Virus record (IMG/VR): IMGVR_UViG_3300045988_044169
Coordinates: 1 to 29,033 of that record
Length of the DNA stretch: 29,033 nt
Origin: a virus
Reading direction: 5' to 3' (one strand)
The first letter of the stretch is position 1; each line of letters starts with the position of its first letter. The position numbers and the translations under genes were made by a program. Below the pieces are notes generated by a model that saw nothing but the letters and a program-made list of their open reading frames with translations, was not told the DNA's origin and searched no databases. This document shows, one piece after another, positions 7,437 to 14,694 of the stretch.

Positions 7437-9530
7437 TTAGCCTTCAACTACTTCGTAGTCTTCGTAGCAGCGACAGTTCGGGTGCGCGTTCGGCGTGACC
7501 ATGTTTTCGAAGCTGTTCACGTAGTCGTGGCCGTTGATGTTGATATTCGAGTCTTTTGCCATATAGGCGGAGTCGAGTGGTATTGTCGTGCCTTCCATGT
7601 GGTGGCAGAAGTCGCATGTGTTGCCGTCACCGGTGGTACGCCATACCTTTTGCAGTTTGACTCCTAATGTTTCACTGAGGTTACGGGCGCTGTATAGGCT
7701 GCCGAGTCTCTGGGATTGTACGGTTTCGCATCTGGCGATTAGTTCAGCGTGGTCGTTTCCGAGTCGGTCAAGTGCGTCATGGAGTCTATGTGCGTCCCAT
7801 TGTTCCTTATCGGCTCGGTTTAGGAGTTCCAGTGTTTTGTCTGTGATTGTTTTGGATGTCGTATGGGCTATCTCCTGTAGGTGGTGTTCGTATGCTGTTC
7901 TGACGTTGTCCGGCGGTATGGTCCAGTCGTAGAGTTTTTGCCAGTCGGTTGTCGTGTAGGCCTGGATGTCAACGGCGAGGGGCCGTTCCGGATGGAGTTC
8001 GCTCCATGCGGTGATGACTTGTTCGAGTTTCATACCGGTTTTGCGCGCATAGTCGGTGAGGTGGGCGAGGAGGTTGTCTTTTACGTCGTTGACCCATTGT
8101 TTGCCGATGGTTTCGAGGTCGTCTGCCAGGCCGTGGCGTGAGCGGTTGGCGAGGCGGATGACTCGGTTTACGTAGGTGCGTGTGGCGGTCAGGACTTGGC
8201 TTTCGGTTGTCGTGTTTTTTGTTGGTTCGATGGGTCGTGCGTTCTTTTTTCGGGGGGAGGGGATCGGTGGCGTGGGGTTGTCGGTCCGGCGTAGGGTGAG
8301 ACGTTTGTATGCTTCCGGTAGGTTGAGTGCTTCCGCGGCGCTTTCGACGGTTGCCCCGAGGTTTACGAGTTGGATGAGTGAGTTAACGCGGATTTGCTGT
8401 GTTTCGGCTTGGATTCGTTCGACTTCGGTTTGGGCTGGTAGGTTGAGGTCGAATGTGATGCCGTAGCCGAGTCCGCCTGTGATGCGATCGAGTTCGAACT
8501 GCCATTTGTCCCATACTGTCATGCAGAGTGGTTTGAGGGTGTTTTCGATGAAGGCGCGTTCGGCCATTTCGGCGTTGGCGTAGGTTTGCCCGTTGTCGAT
8601 GCCTCGGATGATGTCGGGGACTGCGAGCGCGTTGGCGAGTCGGTTGTTGACGACGTTGGATACGGTTTGCAGGTCGAGGGTGTCGTTGGAGTTCTGGAAT
8701 GGTGTCCAGATGAGTTTGCTGGCCGTGCTTGGCTTGTGTGTGGTGGGGTCAACCGGGATCAGGTTGTAGACGATGCCGTTGTTGTTGCCGGCCCCGCGGA
8801 AGGTGTTTTCGAGGCGTGCCCGGTTGCGTTGGAAGTCTTCGGTGTTTTCGGAGACGATGCCGAGCATGCCTGCTGGTACGGCGTTGTTACCGAAGAAGCC
8901 GCGTTCGTAGTCGGCTATCATGTCGTCGACGTTGGCCCATTTTTTGATTGTCATGGCGGGGCTGATGCCGCGTGTCGGGTCGTTTGGGTGACGGCTGTAG
9001 CTTAGTGAGATGGTTTCGTCGCGGGTGAATTCGTATTGGCGGGGGCCGTCGCCAAGGTCCATGGTCACGCGGTGGTACCAGTCGGAGCGGCTGTCGTTGT
9101 ATACGCGGCTGTTTGTGGGGAGGATGGTGTAGCCGGTGATGTTGTTCTGGGTGATGTTGCCGCCGGGGCCTTCGGTTGTCCAGACGAGGATGTCGACGTG
9201 TGATTGGGTGAGGATTCCTGAAGCGATGAGTTTCAGGAATTCGAGGCAGCTGTATGTGTCGTTTGGTGCGTATAGGGCGGTTAGCGCGGCTGGTGCCGGT
9301 TCGAGTTTGCGTCCGTCGGTGGTGACTGCGTAGGGGACGATGGTGCTGAAGCGTTGGGCGATGGCGTTGACGTAGGGGAAGATGTTGTCGTAGGTATCGT
9401 GCATCGGGATGGTGTTGCCCCCGAGTGGCTGCCATGTGTTGCCGCCTGCCGGTGTGGGGGTGTTGTGTGGGGCGTCGGTTCGACCGAAGGCGCTCGTGAA
9501 GCCAGCGCGGATGTTGTTGAGTAAGGCCAT
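7437..9530 (-). CDS. Portal protein fused to a C-terminal MuF / SPP1 gp7-type head morphogenesis domain
   Basis: 697 aa, immediately downstream of TerL. GAGGA RBS. The C-terminus GDGNTCDFCHHMEGTTIPLD...VTPNAHPNCRCYEDYEVVEG carries the C-x-x-C ... HPNCRC signature typical of MuF/gp7 minor head proteins. The N-terminal ~430 aa are of portal size and position. Confidence 0.85.
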   Translation of the reverse strand: MALLNNIRAGFTSAFGRTDAPHNTPTPAGGNTWQPLGGNTIPMHDTYDNIFPYVNAIAQRFSTIVPYAVTTDGRKLEPAPAALTALYAPNDTYSCLEFLKLIASGILTQSHVDILVWTTEGPGGNITQNNITGYTILPTNSRVYNDSRSDWYHRVTMDLGDGPRQYEFTRDETISLSYSRHPNDPTRGISPAMTIKKWANVDDMIADYERGFFGNNAVPAGMLGIVSENTEDFQRNRARLENTFRGAGNNNGIVYNLIPVDPTTHKPSTASKLIWTPFQNSNDTLDLQTVSNVVNNRLANALAVPDIIRGIDNGQTYANAEMAERAFIENTLKPLCMTVWDKWQFELDRITGGLGYGITFDLNLPAQTEVERIQAETQQIRVNSLIQLVNLGATVESAAEALNLPEAYKRLTLRRTDNPTPPIPSPRKKNARPIEPTKNTTTESQVLTATRTYVNRVIRLANRSRHGLADDLETIGKQWVNDVKDNLLAHLTDYARKTGMKLEQVITAWSELHPERPLAVDIQAYTTTDWQKLYDWTIPPDNVRTAYEHHLQEIAHTTSKTITDKTLELLNRADKEQWDAHRLHDALDRLGNDHAELIARCETVQSQRLGSLYSARNLSETLGVKLQKVWRTTGDGNTCDFCHHMEGTTIPLDSAYMAKDSNININGHDYVNSFENMVTPNAHPNCRCYEDYEVVEG

Positions 9531-9584
9531 TTTGTCCTCGATTTACTAGTAGGATTGCGTGTTTTCAGTATATTACCTGTTAGG

Positions 9585-10844
9585 TCAGCAGACCATAACG
9601 TCCCATGATGGGAGTCTCGGCGGCTCGTAGCATGCGAGGAGCAGGCTGTCTGCCAAGTCCGGACTTCCGAGGTTCATGGCGTCTTTGTAGTCTTGTTTGC
9701 TTTCGATTTGACGTTGGTTGCGGCTGTTTATATGCCATTTGCGTGTGGTCAGTTCAGTGGTGAGCTTGGCTAGGTCTGGTATTCGCGGGTTGATGCTGAG
9801 CTGGGGGAGCATGGTTGCGAAGTCGAACCAGAGTTCGGATGCGATGTTGGGGTATTGCGGATCTTTCGGTTTGCCGGCGTAGTTGACGCCGGTTACCGGT
9901 AGTCCCCATGATTTGAGTAGGTCGGTGAGGCCTCCGCCTACTCCGGTGTCGTCGATTCGAATGTCGATTGGCTTGTGTTGTGAGGCGTGGAGTCTGATTC
10001 TTTCGGCGGTTTCGACGATGCTTGTGTGTGTCCATGATTCGAGGGTTTCGATATGGTTGCCTCGTTTGATGGTGAGGGCCGTGCGGTCGTTGCCGTATCG
10101 TGCGACGTCGACACCGAAGGTGACGGGGCCGTCCGTTGGCGTACGGTGGAGGGATTCGTTGAGCATGGCGTCGTTGATGAGCTGGTTGTCGGTATCGGCG
10201 TATGGGAGGCCGAGCCAGACGTGTCCGTAGTCGGCTGTTTGTTTGTCGGCTTCGATCATGTCGAGAACGTCTTGGCTGATGAGGCGGCGTACGTCCTCGT
10301 ATGTGGTGTGCCAGTGGCGTGTCTGGCGTAGGCGTTCTTTGGAGTCCGTGGTGATGAAGTATGTCCAGACCGGGTCGTGGCTGGTGAGCGGATTCCATGT
10401 GAATATCAGTGTCGAGTTGGTTTTACGGATGGTTGGGATGAGTGTCGTCAGGCTTGTCTGGCTGATGGTTTGGGCTTCTTCTATCCAACAGACGTCGATG
10501 CCTTCGATGCTTTTTATGGATTGGATGTTGTCGTGTAGGCCTCGGAAGATGAAGCTGCTGCCGTTGACGTGGCCGATGCCGTCGCGCCGGATTTCGAAGC
10601 CTTGCAACCCGAATTTTTCGATGGTGCCGGTGAGGAGCTTGTACACGGAGTCGGTGATGGAGTTCTGGAATTCGCGTGCGCAGAGGACAGTGATTGGTTG
10701 CACGGAGGCGCGGAGAATGAGGCTTTGCGCTACTGCGGTGCTTTTGCCGGAGGCTCTGCCGCCGGAATAGCAGTAATAACGATATGGTGGAGTCTCCGTG
10801 TGGAGCCACCACCATAGGTCTTGGTAAGGTTTTGCTATCTGCAT
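9585..10844 (-). CDS. terL: Terminase large subunit (PBSX / Terminase_3-like)
   Basis: 419 aa. Walker A motif YSGGRASGKST, followed by an acidic nuclease-half pattern. Position upstream of the portal gene. Confidence 0.9.
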   Translation of the reverse strand: MQIAKPYQDLWWWLHTETPPYRYYCYSGGRASGKSTAVAQSLILRASVQPITVLCAREFQNSITDSVYKLLTGTIEKFGLQGFEIRRDGIGHVNGSSFIFRGLHDNIQSIKSIEGIDVCWIEEAQTISQTSLTTLIPTIRKTNSTLIFTWNPLTSHDPVWTYFITTDSKERLRQTRHWHTTYEDVRRLISQDVLDMIEADKQTADYGHVWLGLPYADTDNQLINDAMLNESLHRTPTDGPVTFGVDVARYGNDRTALTIKRGNHIETLESWTHTSIVETAERIRLHASQHKPIDIRIDDTGVGGGLTDLLKSWGLPVTGVNYAGKPKDPQYPNIASELWFDFATMLPQLSINPRIPDLAKLTTELTTRKWHINSRNQRQIESKQDYKDAMNLGSPDLADSLLLACYEPPRLPSWDVMVC

Positions 10845-10861
10845 GCCTCCAGTTTATGTGT

Positions 10862-11251
10862 TTACTGGTCGTCCTTACCGTTTTTTGGATTGTCGTCGAA
10901 AACTTCAAGGGTGATATGCGGCGGCTCGTAGCTGGTGACGTTGACGTCGGTGGATTGGCGGGCCTTGCCGTCCAGCCTGTCGATGTAGTCGGATGTTACG
11001 TGCGGGTCCTTGTATGCGTCGAGGACGTGTTTGATGGCGATTCGCTGCACCATTGTCAAGGTTGGGTCTTTTGTTTTTTCGTTGATTTCCGTCATGGTGA
11101 GTTTGCTGAATTCGCGCATCCAGCGTGTGGGGCTGGTGTCTTTGGTCCATGAGCCTCGGTCTTCTGGCCGTTCTTGAAATCCGCCTTTGCCGGTGGGATT
11201 GAGGATACCGCCGGTGATGCGGCCTCGATGATCTCTTGTTACGTCTGTCAT
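10862..11251 (-). CDS. terS: Putative terminase small subunit
   Basis: 129 aa directly upstream of TerL. NPTGKGGFQERPEDRG is a basic N-terminal motif like many small terminases. No SD sequence; TATAAT lies 7 nt upstream of the ATG, so the mRNA may be leaderless. Confidence 0.55.
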   Translation of the reverse strand: MTDVTRDHRGRITGGILNPTGKGGFQERPEDRGSWTKDTSPTRWMREFSKLTMTEINEKTKDPTLTMVQRIAIKHVLDAYKDPHVTSDYIDRLDGKARQSTDVNVTSYEPPHITLEVFDDNPKNGKDDQ

Positions 11252-11258
11252 ATGGCTG

Positions 11259-11264
11259 ATTATA
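11259..11264 (-). promoter_or_regulatory. Candidate late-operon -10 box (TATAAT) 7 nt upstream of the terS ATG
   Basis: Minus strand reads TTGTAAACCGG-TATAAT-CAGCCAT-ATG. There is no -35 at 17 nt. It lies just downstream of the terminator at 11278..11305. Confidence 0.4.
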
Positions 11265-11277
11265 CCGGTTTACAAGA

Positions 11278-11305
11278 AAGCCTCTCCGTGTTGTGGGAGA
11301 GGCTT
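11278..11305 (-). terminator. Intrinsic terminator ending the early-left operon
   Basis: Minus strand reads AAGCCTCTCC-cacaacac-GGAGAGGCTT followed by TCTTGT. It lies between the small membrane ORF and terS. Confidence 0.6.
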
Positions 11306-11309
11306 GGGT

Positions 11310-11447
11310 TTAGTTGAGGATGAAGTCGGTGAGGAGTTTCAGGAGTGCGATGCCTCCTCCGGTGACGAGCAGCGTGGCCAGTGTGGTGAGGAGGTAGGCG
11401 AGGACACGTCCTACCCAATATCCGAACGGATCTTTGTTATTGTTCAT
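11310..11447 (-). CDS. Small membrane protein (45 aa)
   Basis: Below the ORF-track cutoff. Hand translation: MNNNKDPFGYWVGRVLAYLLTTLATLLVTGGGIALLKLLTDFILN. AGGAAGGA RBS upstream. A hydrophobic span is notable on an A+C-rich sense strand. Followed by a terminator. Confidence 0.45.
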   Translation of the reverse strand: MNNNKDPFGYWVGRVLAYLLTTLATLLVTGGGIALLKLLTDFILN

Positions 11448-11468
11448 GGTTGGTCGTTTCCTTCCTTT

Positions 11469-11906
11469 TTACCATATATTGGCGTATGGATCATCGTATG
11501 TTTGCGGCTGTGCGGCTGGAGTGTAGCCGACGGATTGTGGTTGCGGCGTGGCCTGCTGCGTCTTGGCTTTCTGTAGGATCATGCTGATGTTCGCGTAGTT
11601 GATGGTGAAGTCGGTGCGTGGCTGGCCGTTACGGTCGGTTCCTGTGGACCATTTCAGGTCGCCCTCGACTCTGACTGGTGTGCCTTTGTGCAGTGATTGC
11701 AGGTAGGTGGCTGCGAGCCTTTGGTCGTATTCGAAGATGGTGGCGAACATGGTGTCGTGGTCGATCCACTGTTGCGTGTTCTTGTCTTTGTGGCTTCCGT
11801 TGGCGGCTACGCGGATGAGACAGTATGGCGTGCCGTTCTTGTTTTGCTTCTGTTCTGGTTCGGCGACGAGTCGTGCTTTCGGGAGGATGATGTGTGGATC
11901 GTTCAT
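11469..11906 (-). CDS. ssb: Single-stranded DNA-binding protein
   Basis: 145 aa. OB-fold-like N-terminal region, a Gln/Pro-rich linker (QQATPQPQSVGYTPAAQPQTY) and an acidic/aromatic tail (DDPYANIW), as in bacterial and phage SSBs. Confidence 0.8.
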   Translation of the reverse strand: MNDPHIILPKARLVAEPEQKQNKNGTPYCLIRVAANGSHKDKNTQQWIDHDTMFATIFEYDQRLAATYLQSLHKGTPVRVEGDLKWSTGTDRNGQPRTDFTINYANISMILQKAKTQQATPQPQSVGYTPAAQPQTYDDPYANIW

Positions 11907-11929
11907 TTTGAGGTGTTCTTTTCTTTCTG

Positions 11930-12736
11930 TTAGTCGTTGACGGTTTCGAGGGTTTTAGCTAGGAGGGTTTCGCCGAGTCGCTTGTGGAGGAGTGCCAAAC
12001 CTTTTCTCGTGACTCGTACGGTGGGCGGGAAGGCGAATTTCGTGCCGTCCGGCTTGGTTCCGTGCTTCTGCGACATGACCATTACGAGGTGTCCGGCCGT
12101 GACGTGTCTTGCTGTGGCATGCCATGAACCATTGGCTTTGTAGATCCAGCCGTTGTTGCTCATCCATTCGCGTAGTTGTTTTTCGCTGATTGGGGTGCTG
12201 GAGTTGGATAGAATCTTGGCGGCGTCGCGGACGAGCAGTCGGTCTTCAACATTGGTGAAAACGTCAAGTGCTTGTGCTTTTGGCTCCAGCTCCTTGATTT
12301 GCGCGTCTTTGGCTCGTAACTGCTGGTTCTTGAGTTCGATGGTCTTCTGTGCGACAAGCACGGCCTTTGCGAGGATGGTCATATCATCGTCTGCGTCCGT
12401 GGTTGGAATGTAGCCGCCGGTCCTACGAATCTGTGGCAACACCTCGTGTGTTACCCAACGTTGGAATTCCTTGGCCTCCGGCTTACGGGACTTCATCACG
12501 AGACGGTAGAAGCCGGACTCGGAGATGATGTATGCCTGTTGCCGACGGTTAATCGAATCGATGACTTCAGTAGTACTGAACTCATCATCATCGAACATTT
12601 TGATGGTCTCGGTTGGGTTGCTGAGGTTAAGGATGCTCATGCAATCCTTAAGTACGAACCACGGGTTACCAGTCTTATCGGTCAAGGTGCGCAGCGTTGC
12701 GGTGTTGAATTTGAATGATTGGATTTCGGCGTTCAT
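11930..12736 (-). CDS. Antirepressor, Bro-N domain plus KilAC/ANT C-terminal domain
   Basis: Track ORF trimmed to ATG 12736 (AAAGGAG lies 8 nt upstream). N-terminal Bro-N motifs: GNPWFVLKDCMSILNL ... IISESGFYRLVMKSRKPEAKEFQRWVTHEVLPQIRRTGGY. The C-terminal half resembles KilAC. Confidence 0.85.
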   Translation of the reverse strand: MNAEIQSFKFNTATLRTLTDKTGNPWFVLKDCMSILNLSNPTETIKMFDDDEFSTTEVIDSINRRQQAYIISESGFYRLVMKSRKPEAKEFQRWVTHEVLPQIRRTGGYIPTTDADDDMTILAKAVLVAQKTIELKNQQLRAKDAQIKELEPKAQALDVFTNVEDRLLVRDAAKILSNSSTPISEKQLREWMSNNGWIYKANGSWHATARHVTAGHLVMVMSQKHGTKPDGTKFAFPPTVRVTRKGLALLHKRLGETLLAKTLETVND

Positions 12737-12763
12737 TGGATTGGCTCCTTTTTGCATTGTGTT

Positions 12764-12955
12764 TTATTCGTTGGTCTCGTGGCTGTCCTTGTCCGGGATG
12801 ACGTCCGGGTTGAGGAAGTAGCATCGGCCGACTTTGACCGCATGGAGTCGTCCTTCGCGGATGAATCTGCGGACGGTCTGAATGTTGAGCTTCCAGCGCT
12901 TGGCGTATTCGGGGACTGTTACTGTGTAATCTTTAGCGTTCATACGTCCTATCAT
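12764..12955 (-). CDS. Excisionase/MerR-type helix-turn-helix DNA-binding protein
   Basis: TVPEYAKRWKLNIQTVRRFIREGRLHAVKVGRCYFL fits the HTH_17/Xis-type pattern. The true start may be ATG 12943, which lies 7 nt downstream of a TATGAT box. Confidence 0.7.
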   Translation of the reverse strand: MIGRMNAKDYTVTVPEYAKRWKLNIQTVRRFIREGRLHAVKVGRCYFLNPDVIPDKDSHETNE

Positions 12956-12979
12956 ATATCAATTTGAGTACTGTTACAA
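12951..12979 (-). promoter_or_regulatory. Candidate early-left promoter P2 (TTGTAA-17 nt-TATGAT)
   Basis: Minus strand: TTGTAA (12979-12974), 17-nt spacer, TATGAT (12956-12951), then AGGACGT and ATG 12943. Consistent with a leaderless HTH mRNA. Confidence 0.4.
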
Positions 12980-13036
12980 CTTATGTTATGCCGGTGTGGC
13001 GATGGCATATGCCGGTTTTGGGGCGAGGTTTCGGAT

Positions 13037-13081
13037 ATAAAAAAGTGCTCACCGGGGAAAGAGCGGGGAACCGGTGAGCAC
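13037..13081 (-). terminator. Strong minus-oriented intrinsic terminator inside the divergent control region
   Basis: Perfect 11-bp stem GTGCTCACCGG / CCGGTGAGCAC (13045-13055 / 13071-13081) with a 15-nt loop. On the minus strand it is followed by TTTTTTAT. There is no T-run on the plus side. Confidence 0.7.
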
Positions 13082-13115
13082 CTATCATGGGATCTACATA
13101 ATGAGGGCAAGATCC

Positions 13116-13144
13116 AATATACTATGTTCTTTTCTGGTTTACAA
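13116..13144 (-). promoter_or_regulatory. Candidate leftward promoter P1 (TTGTAA-17 nt-TATATT)
   Basis: Minus strand: TTGTAA (13144-13139), spacer ACCAGAAAAGAACATAG (17 nt), TATATT (13121-13116). The predicted start near 13109 is only about 30 nt upstream of the terminator hairpin. Confidence 0.5.
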
Positions 13145-13173
13145 CCGTGGTGCGTAACATCCTGTCATCCGTT

Positions 13174-13204
13174 CGGCGTGTCGACCATTAGAGCATGATA
13201 TCGT
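13174..13204 (+). promoter_or_regulatory. Early-right promoter cassette A: CGGCGTGTCG + 15 nt + TATCGT
   Basis: Perfect copy of the 10-mer at 13174-13183; -10-like box at 13199-13204. Lies upstream of the 13262 gene. Confidence 0.5.
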
Positions 13205-13261
13205 GAGTATCACAAAACAACGCAGGATATAAAAATCCTGCAACCTAGAAAGGTACCAAAA

Positions 13262-13474
13262 ATGAACGAGCAGAACACCGACCAGACCGAAGTCCAGCAG
13301 CAGCCGGCACAGCAGCCGATCATCATCAACAACGTGATAGGCCAGGCGGACGACAGCGGCAAGAAGAAGGCCCCAGGTTTCATCAAGGTGTGCGTATATA
13401 GCTTCCTTACTTGCGGTATTTACTTCTTCTACTGGCTCGTCAAGAGCCTGAGCGGCGGCTACCGCAAGCGCTGA
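13262..13474 (+). CDS. Small membrane protein (70 aa)
   Basis: GAAAGG RBS. Gln-rich N-terminus followed by a hydrophobic span FIKVCVYSFLTCGIYFFYWLV. Followed by a strong terminator. Confidence 0.6.
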   Translation: MNEQNTDQTEVQQQPAQQPIIINNVIGQADDSGKKKAPGFIKVCVYSFLTCGIYFFYWLVKSLSGGYRKR

Positions 13475-13492
13475 TACGAGCGTAAGAAACAC

Positions 13493-13530
13493 AATACCCA
13501 CCCGGAGTAGTTATCCGGGTGGGTATTTTT
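13493..13530 (+). terminator. Rho-independent terminator
   Basis: AATACCCACCCGGA-gtagtta-TCCGGGTGGGTATT followed by TTT (14-bp stem). Confidence 0.85.
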
Positions 13531-13609
13531 ATATGATAGAAAGGCAGCCGGAAAGGGAAACCAAAAAACTCTCCGACATCGACAACTATACCACAGGAAG
13601 GAACACGTT

Positions 13610-14020
13610 ATGGAGACCATGTTGGACAACAACGCATACATGCCGGCACGAGCCCACAAAACCGATGCGGGACTGGACCTGCGCACGCCGGTGGCGGTGA
13701 CGGTGCCGGCGTACGGGAGCGCAATCGTCAACACCGGCGTGCACGTCGCACTGCCCCACGGATGCGCCGGACTGCTCGTCAGCAAGAGCGGCCTCAACGT
13801 CAAACATGGCATCACGAGCACTGGGCTCATCGACGAGGAATACACAGGAAGCATCGTAGTCAAGCTTTACAACCACGGATGCGAAGACTACGAGTTCAAG
13901 GCCGGGGATAAGATCACGCAGCTGGTCGTGATCCAAGTGGTCTGCGAGCCCATGGAACAGGTTTCCGCATTCATCTCGACGGAGCGTGGCGACAACGGCT
14001 TCGGGAGCACCGGGAGATAA
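13610..14020 (+). CDS. dut: dUTP pyrophosphatase (trimeric dUTPase)
   Basis: Motifs recognised: AGLDL, SKSGL, GLIDEEYTGSI, RGDNGFGSTG. Locally GC-rich compared with its neighbours. Confidence 0.9.
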   Translation: METMLDNNAYMPARAHKTDAGLDLRTPVAVTVPAYGSAIVNTGVHVALPHGCAGLLVSKSGLNVKHGITSTGLIDEEYTGSIVVKLYNHGCEDYEFKAGDKITQLVVIQVVCEPMEQVSAFISTERGDNGFGSTGR

Positions 14021-14022
14021 CC

Positions 14023-14358
14023 ATGGGCTGGAGTACAAGCAAATTCCATGCCAAAAAGACGACCGTGGACGGTATCACCTTCGATTCACGCAAGGAAGCC
14101 GCCAGGTATGTCACGCTCAAGGACATGGAGGAGGAAGGCCTCATCGGAAACCTCAGGAGACAGGTACGCTATGAGCTCGTCCCGGCATTTGACGTGGACG
14201 GCAGGCATTACCGTCCTGTCTTTTACGTGGCCGACTTCGTTTACGTGGAGGACGGCAAGACGGTCGTCGAGGATGTCAAGGGCGTGAAAACCGACGTGTA
14301 CAAGCTCAAGAGCAAGCTCTTCGCACGACGGTATGGCATGAGCATCAGGGAGACGTGA
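14023..14358 (+). CDS. DUF1064-like protein (putative nuclease-fold protein)
   Basis: FDSRKEAARYVTL...YVADFVYVEDGKTVVEDVKGVKTDVYKLKSKL matches the F-x-S-x-x-E ... Y-x-x-DF ... E-x-K pattern of DUF1064. Confidence 0.75.
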   Translation: MGWSTSKFHAKKTTVDGITFDSRKEAARYVTLKDMEEEGLIGNLRRQVRYELVPAFDVDGRHYRPVFYVADFVYVEDGKTVVEDVKGVKTDVYKLKSKLFARRYGMSIRET

Positions 14359-14377
14359 CGGCTTAGAAATTGTCATA

Positions 14378-14426
14378 GCCCCGGTTGATCTTGGGAAGAG
14401 ATTCCCGGACTGGCCGGGGCTTTTTT
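14378..14426 (+). terminator. Rho-independent terminator
   Basis: GCCCCGG ... CCGGGGC with an inner GGGAA/TTCCC hairpin, followed by TTTTTT. Confidence 0.7.
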
Positions 14427-14522
14427 GCCACTGCCGATGGTTCGTGTTTGATCAGGTGTCATATGCCCATGTGAGCCCTCGGACAATCCCCCCGTACGAT
14501 GGTTCCCCACCGCTAAAAATTC

Positions 14523-14594
14523 TATAGCGACCACTGTAAAAGTTACAGCACCTCACTGTAATTTTTATAGCGGCATGCGCTGTAAAATTTACAA
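14523..14594. repeat. Two ~26-29-nt direct repeats, each TATAGCG + spacer + palindrome CTGTAAAA(G/T)TTACA(G/A)
   Basis: TATAGCG occurs at 14523 and 14566. CTGTAAAAGTTACAG lies at 14534-14548 and CTGTAAAATTTACAA at 14580-14594. An extra half-site CTGTAA lies at 14556. Confidence 0.8.
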
Positions 14595-14603
14595 CTCAAT
14601 AAT

Positions 14604-14646
14604 ATAGATCTAGATACGCTAGGTAGATACTCTAGTAGATACTCTA
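14604..14646. repeat. Iterons: TAGATAC x3 at 12-13-bp spacing (TAGATACTCTA x2)
   Basis: Copies at 14611-14617, 14624-14630 and 14636-14642, with a degenerate ATAGATC at 14604. Confidence 0.8.
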
Positions 14647-14693
14647 AAGAGAGAGAAAGAAAGATAAAATCTTTCTTTCCAAAGAGAGAGAAA
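14646..14693. repeat. Polypurine direct repeat AAAGAGAGAGAAA x2 flanking a perfect 11-bp inverted repeat
   Basis: AAAGAGAGAGAAA at 14646-14658 and 14681-14693. GAAAGAAAGAT (14655-14665) / ATCTTTCTTTC (14669-14679). Confidence 0.85.
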
Positions 14694-14694
14694 C

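Noticed and set aside
10270-10300. CTGATGAG as a hammerhead ribozyme core.
   Set aside because: No matching GAAA element or helix II/III arrangement follows. It lies inside (antisense to) the TerL coding sequence.
12983-13501. Track ORFs 12983-13198 (+) and 13139-13501 (-) in the divergent control region as Cro/CI-like genes.
   Set aside because: The first runs through the minus-oriented terminator hairpin and both promoters and has no RBS. The second is antisense to the RBS-bearing 13262 gene and its terminator. Neither has an HTH-like segment.
14523-14694. The repeat cluster as a mini CRISPR array.
   Set aside because: The repeats are of several unrelated kinds, too short (7-15 nt) and irregularly spaced. 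There are no uniform spacer lengths and no cas genes.
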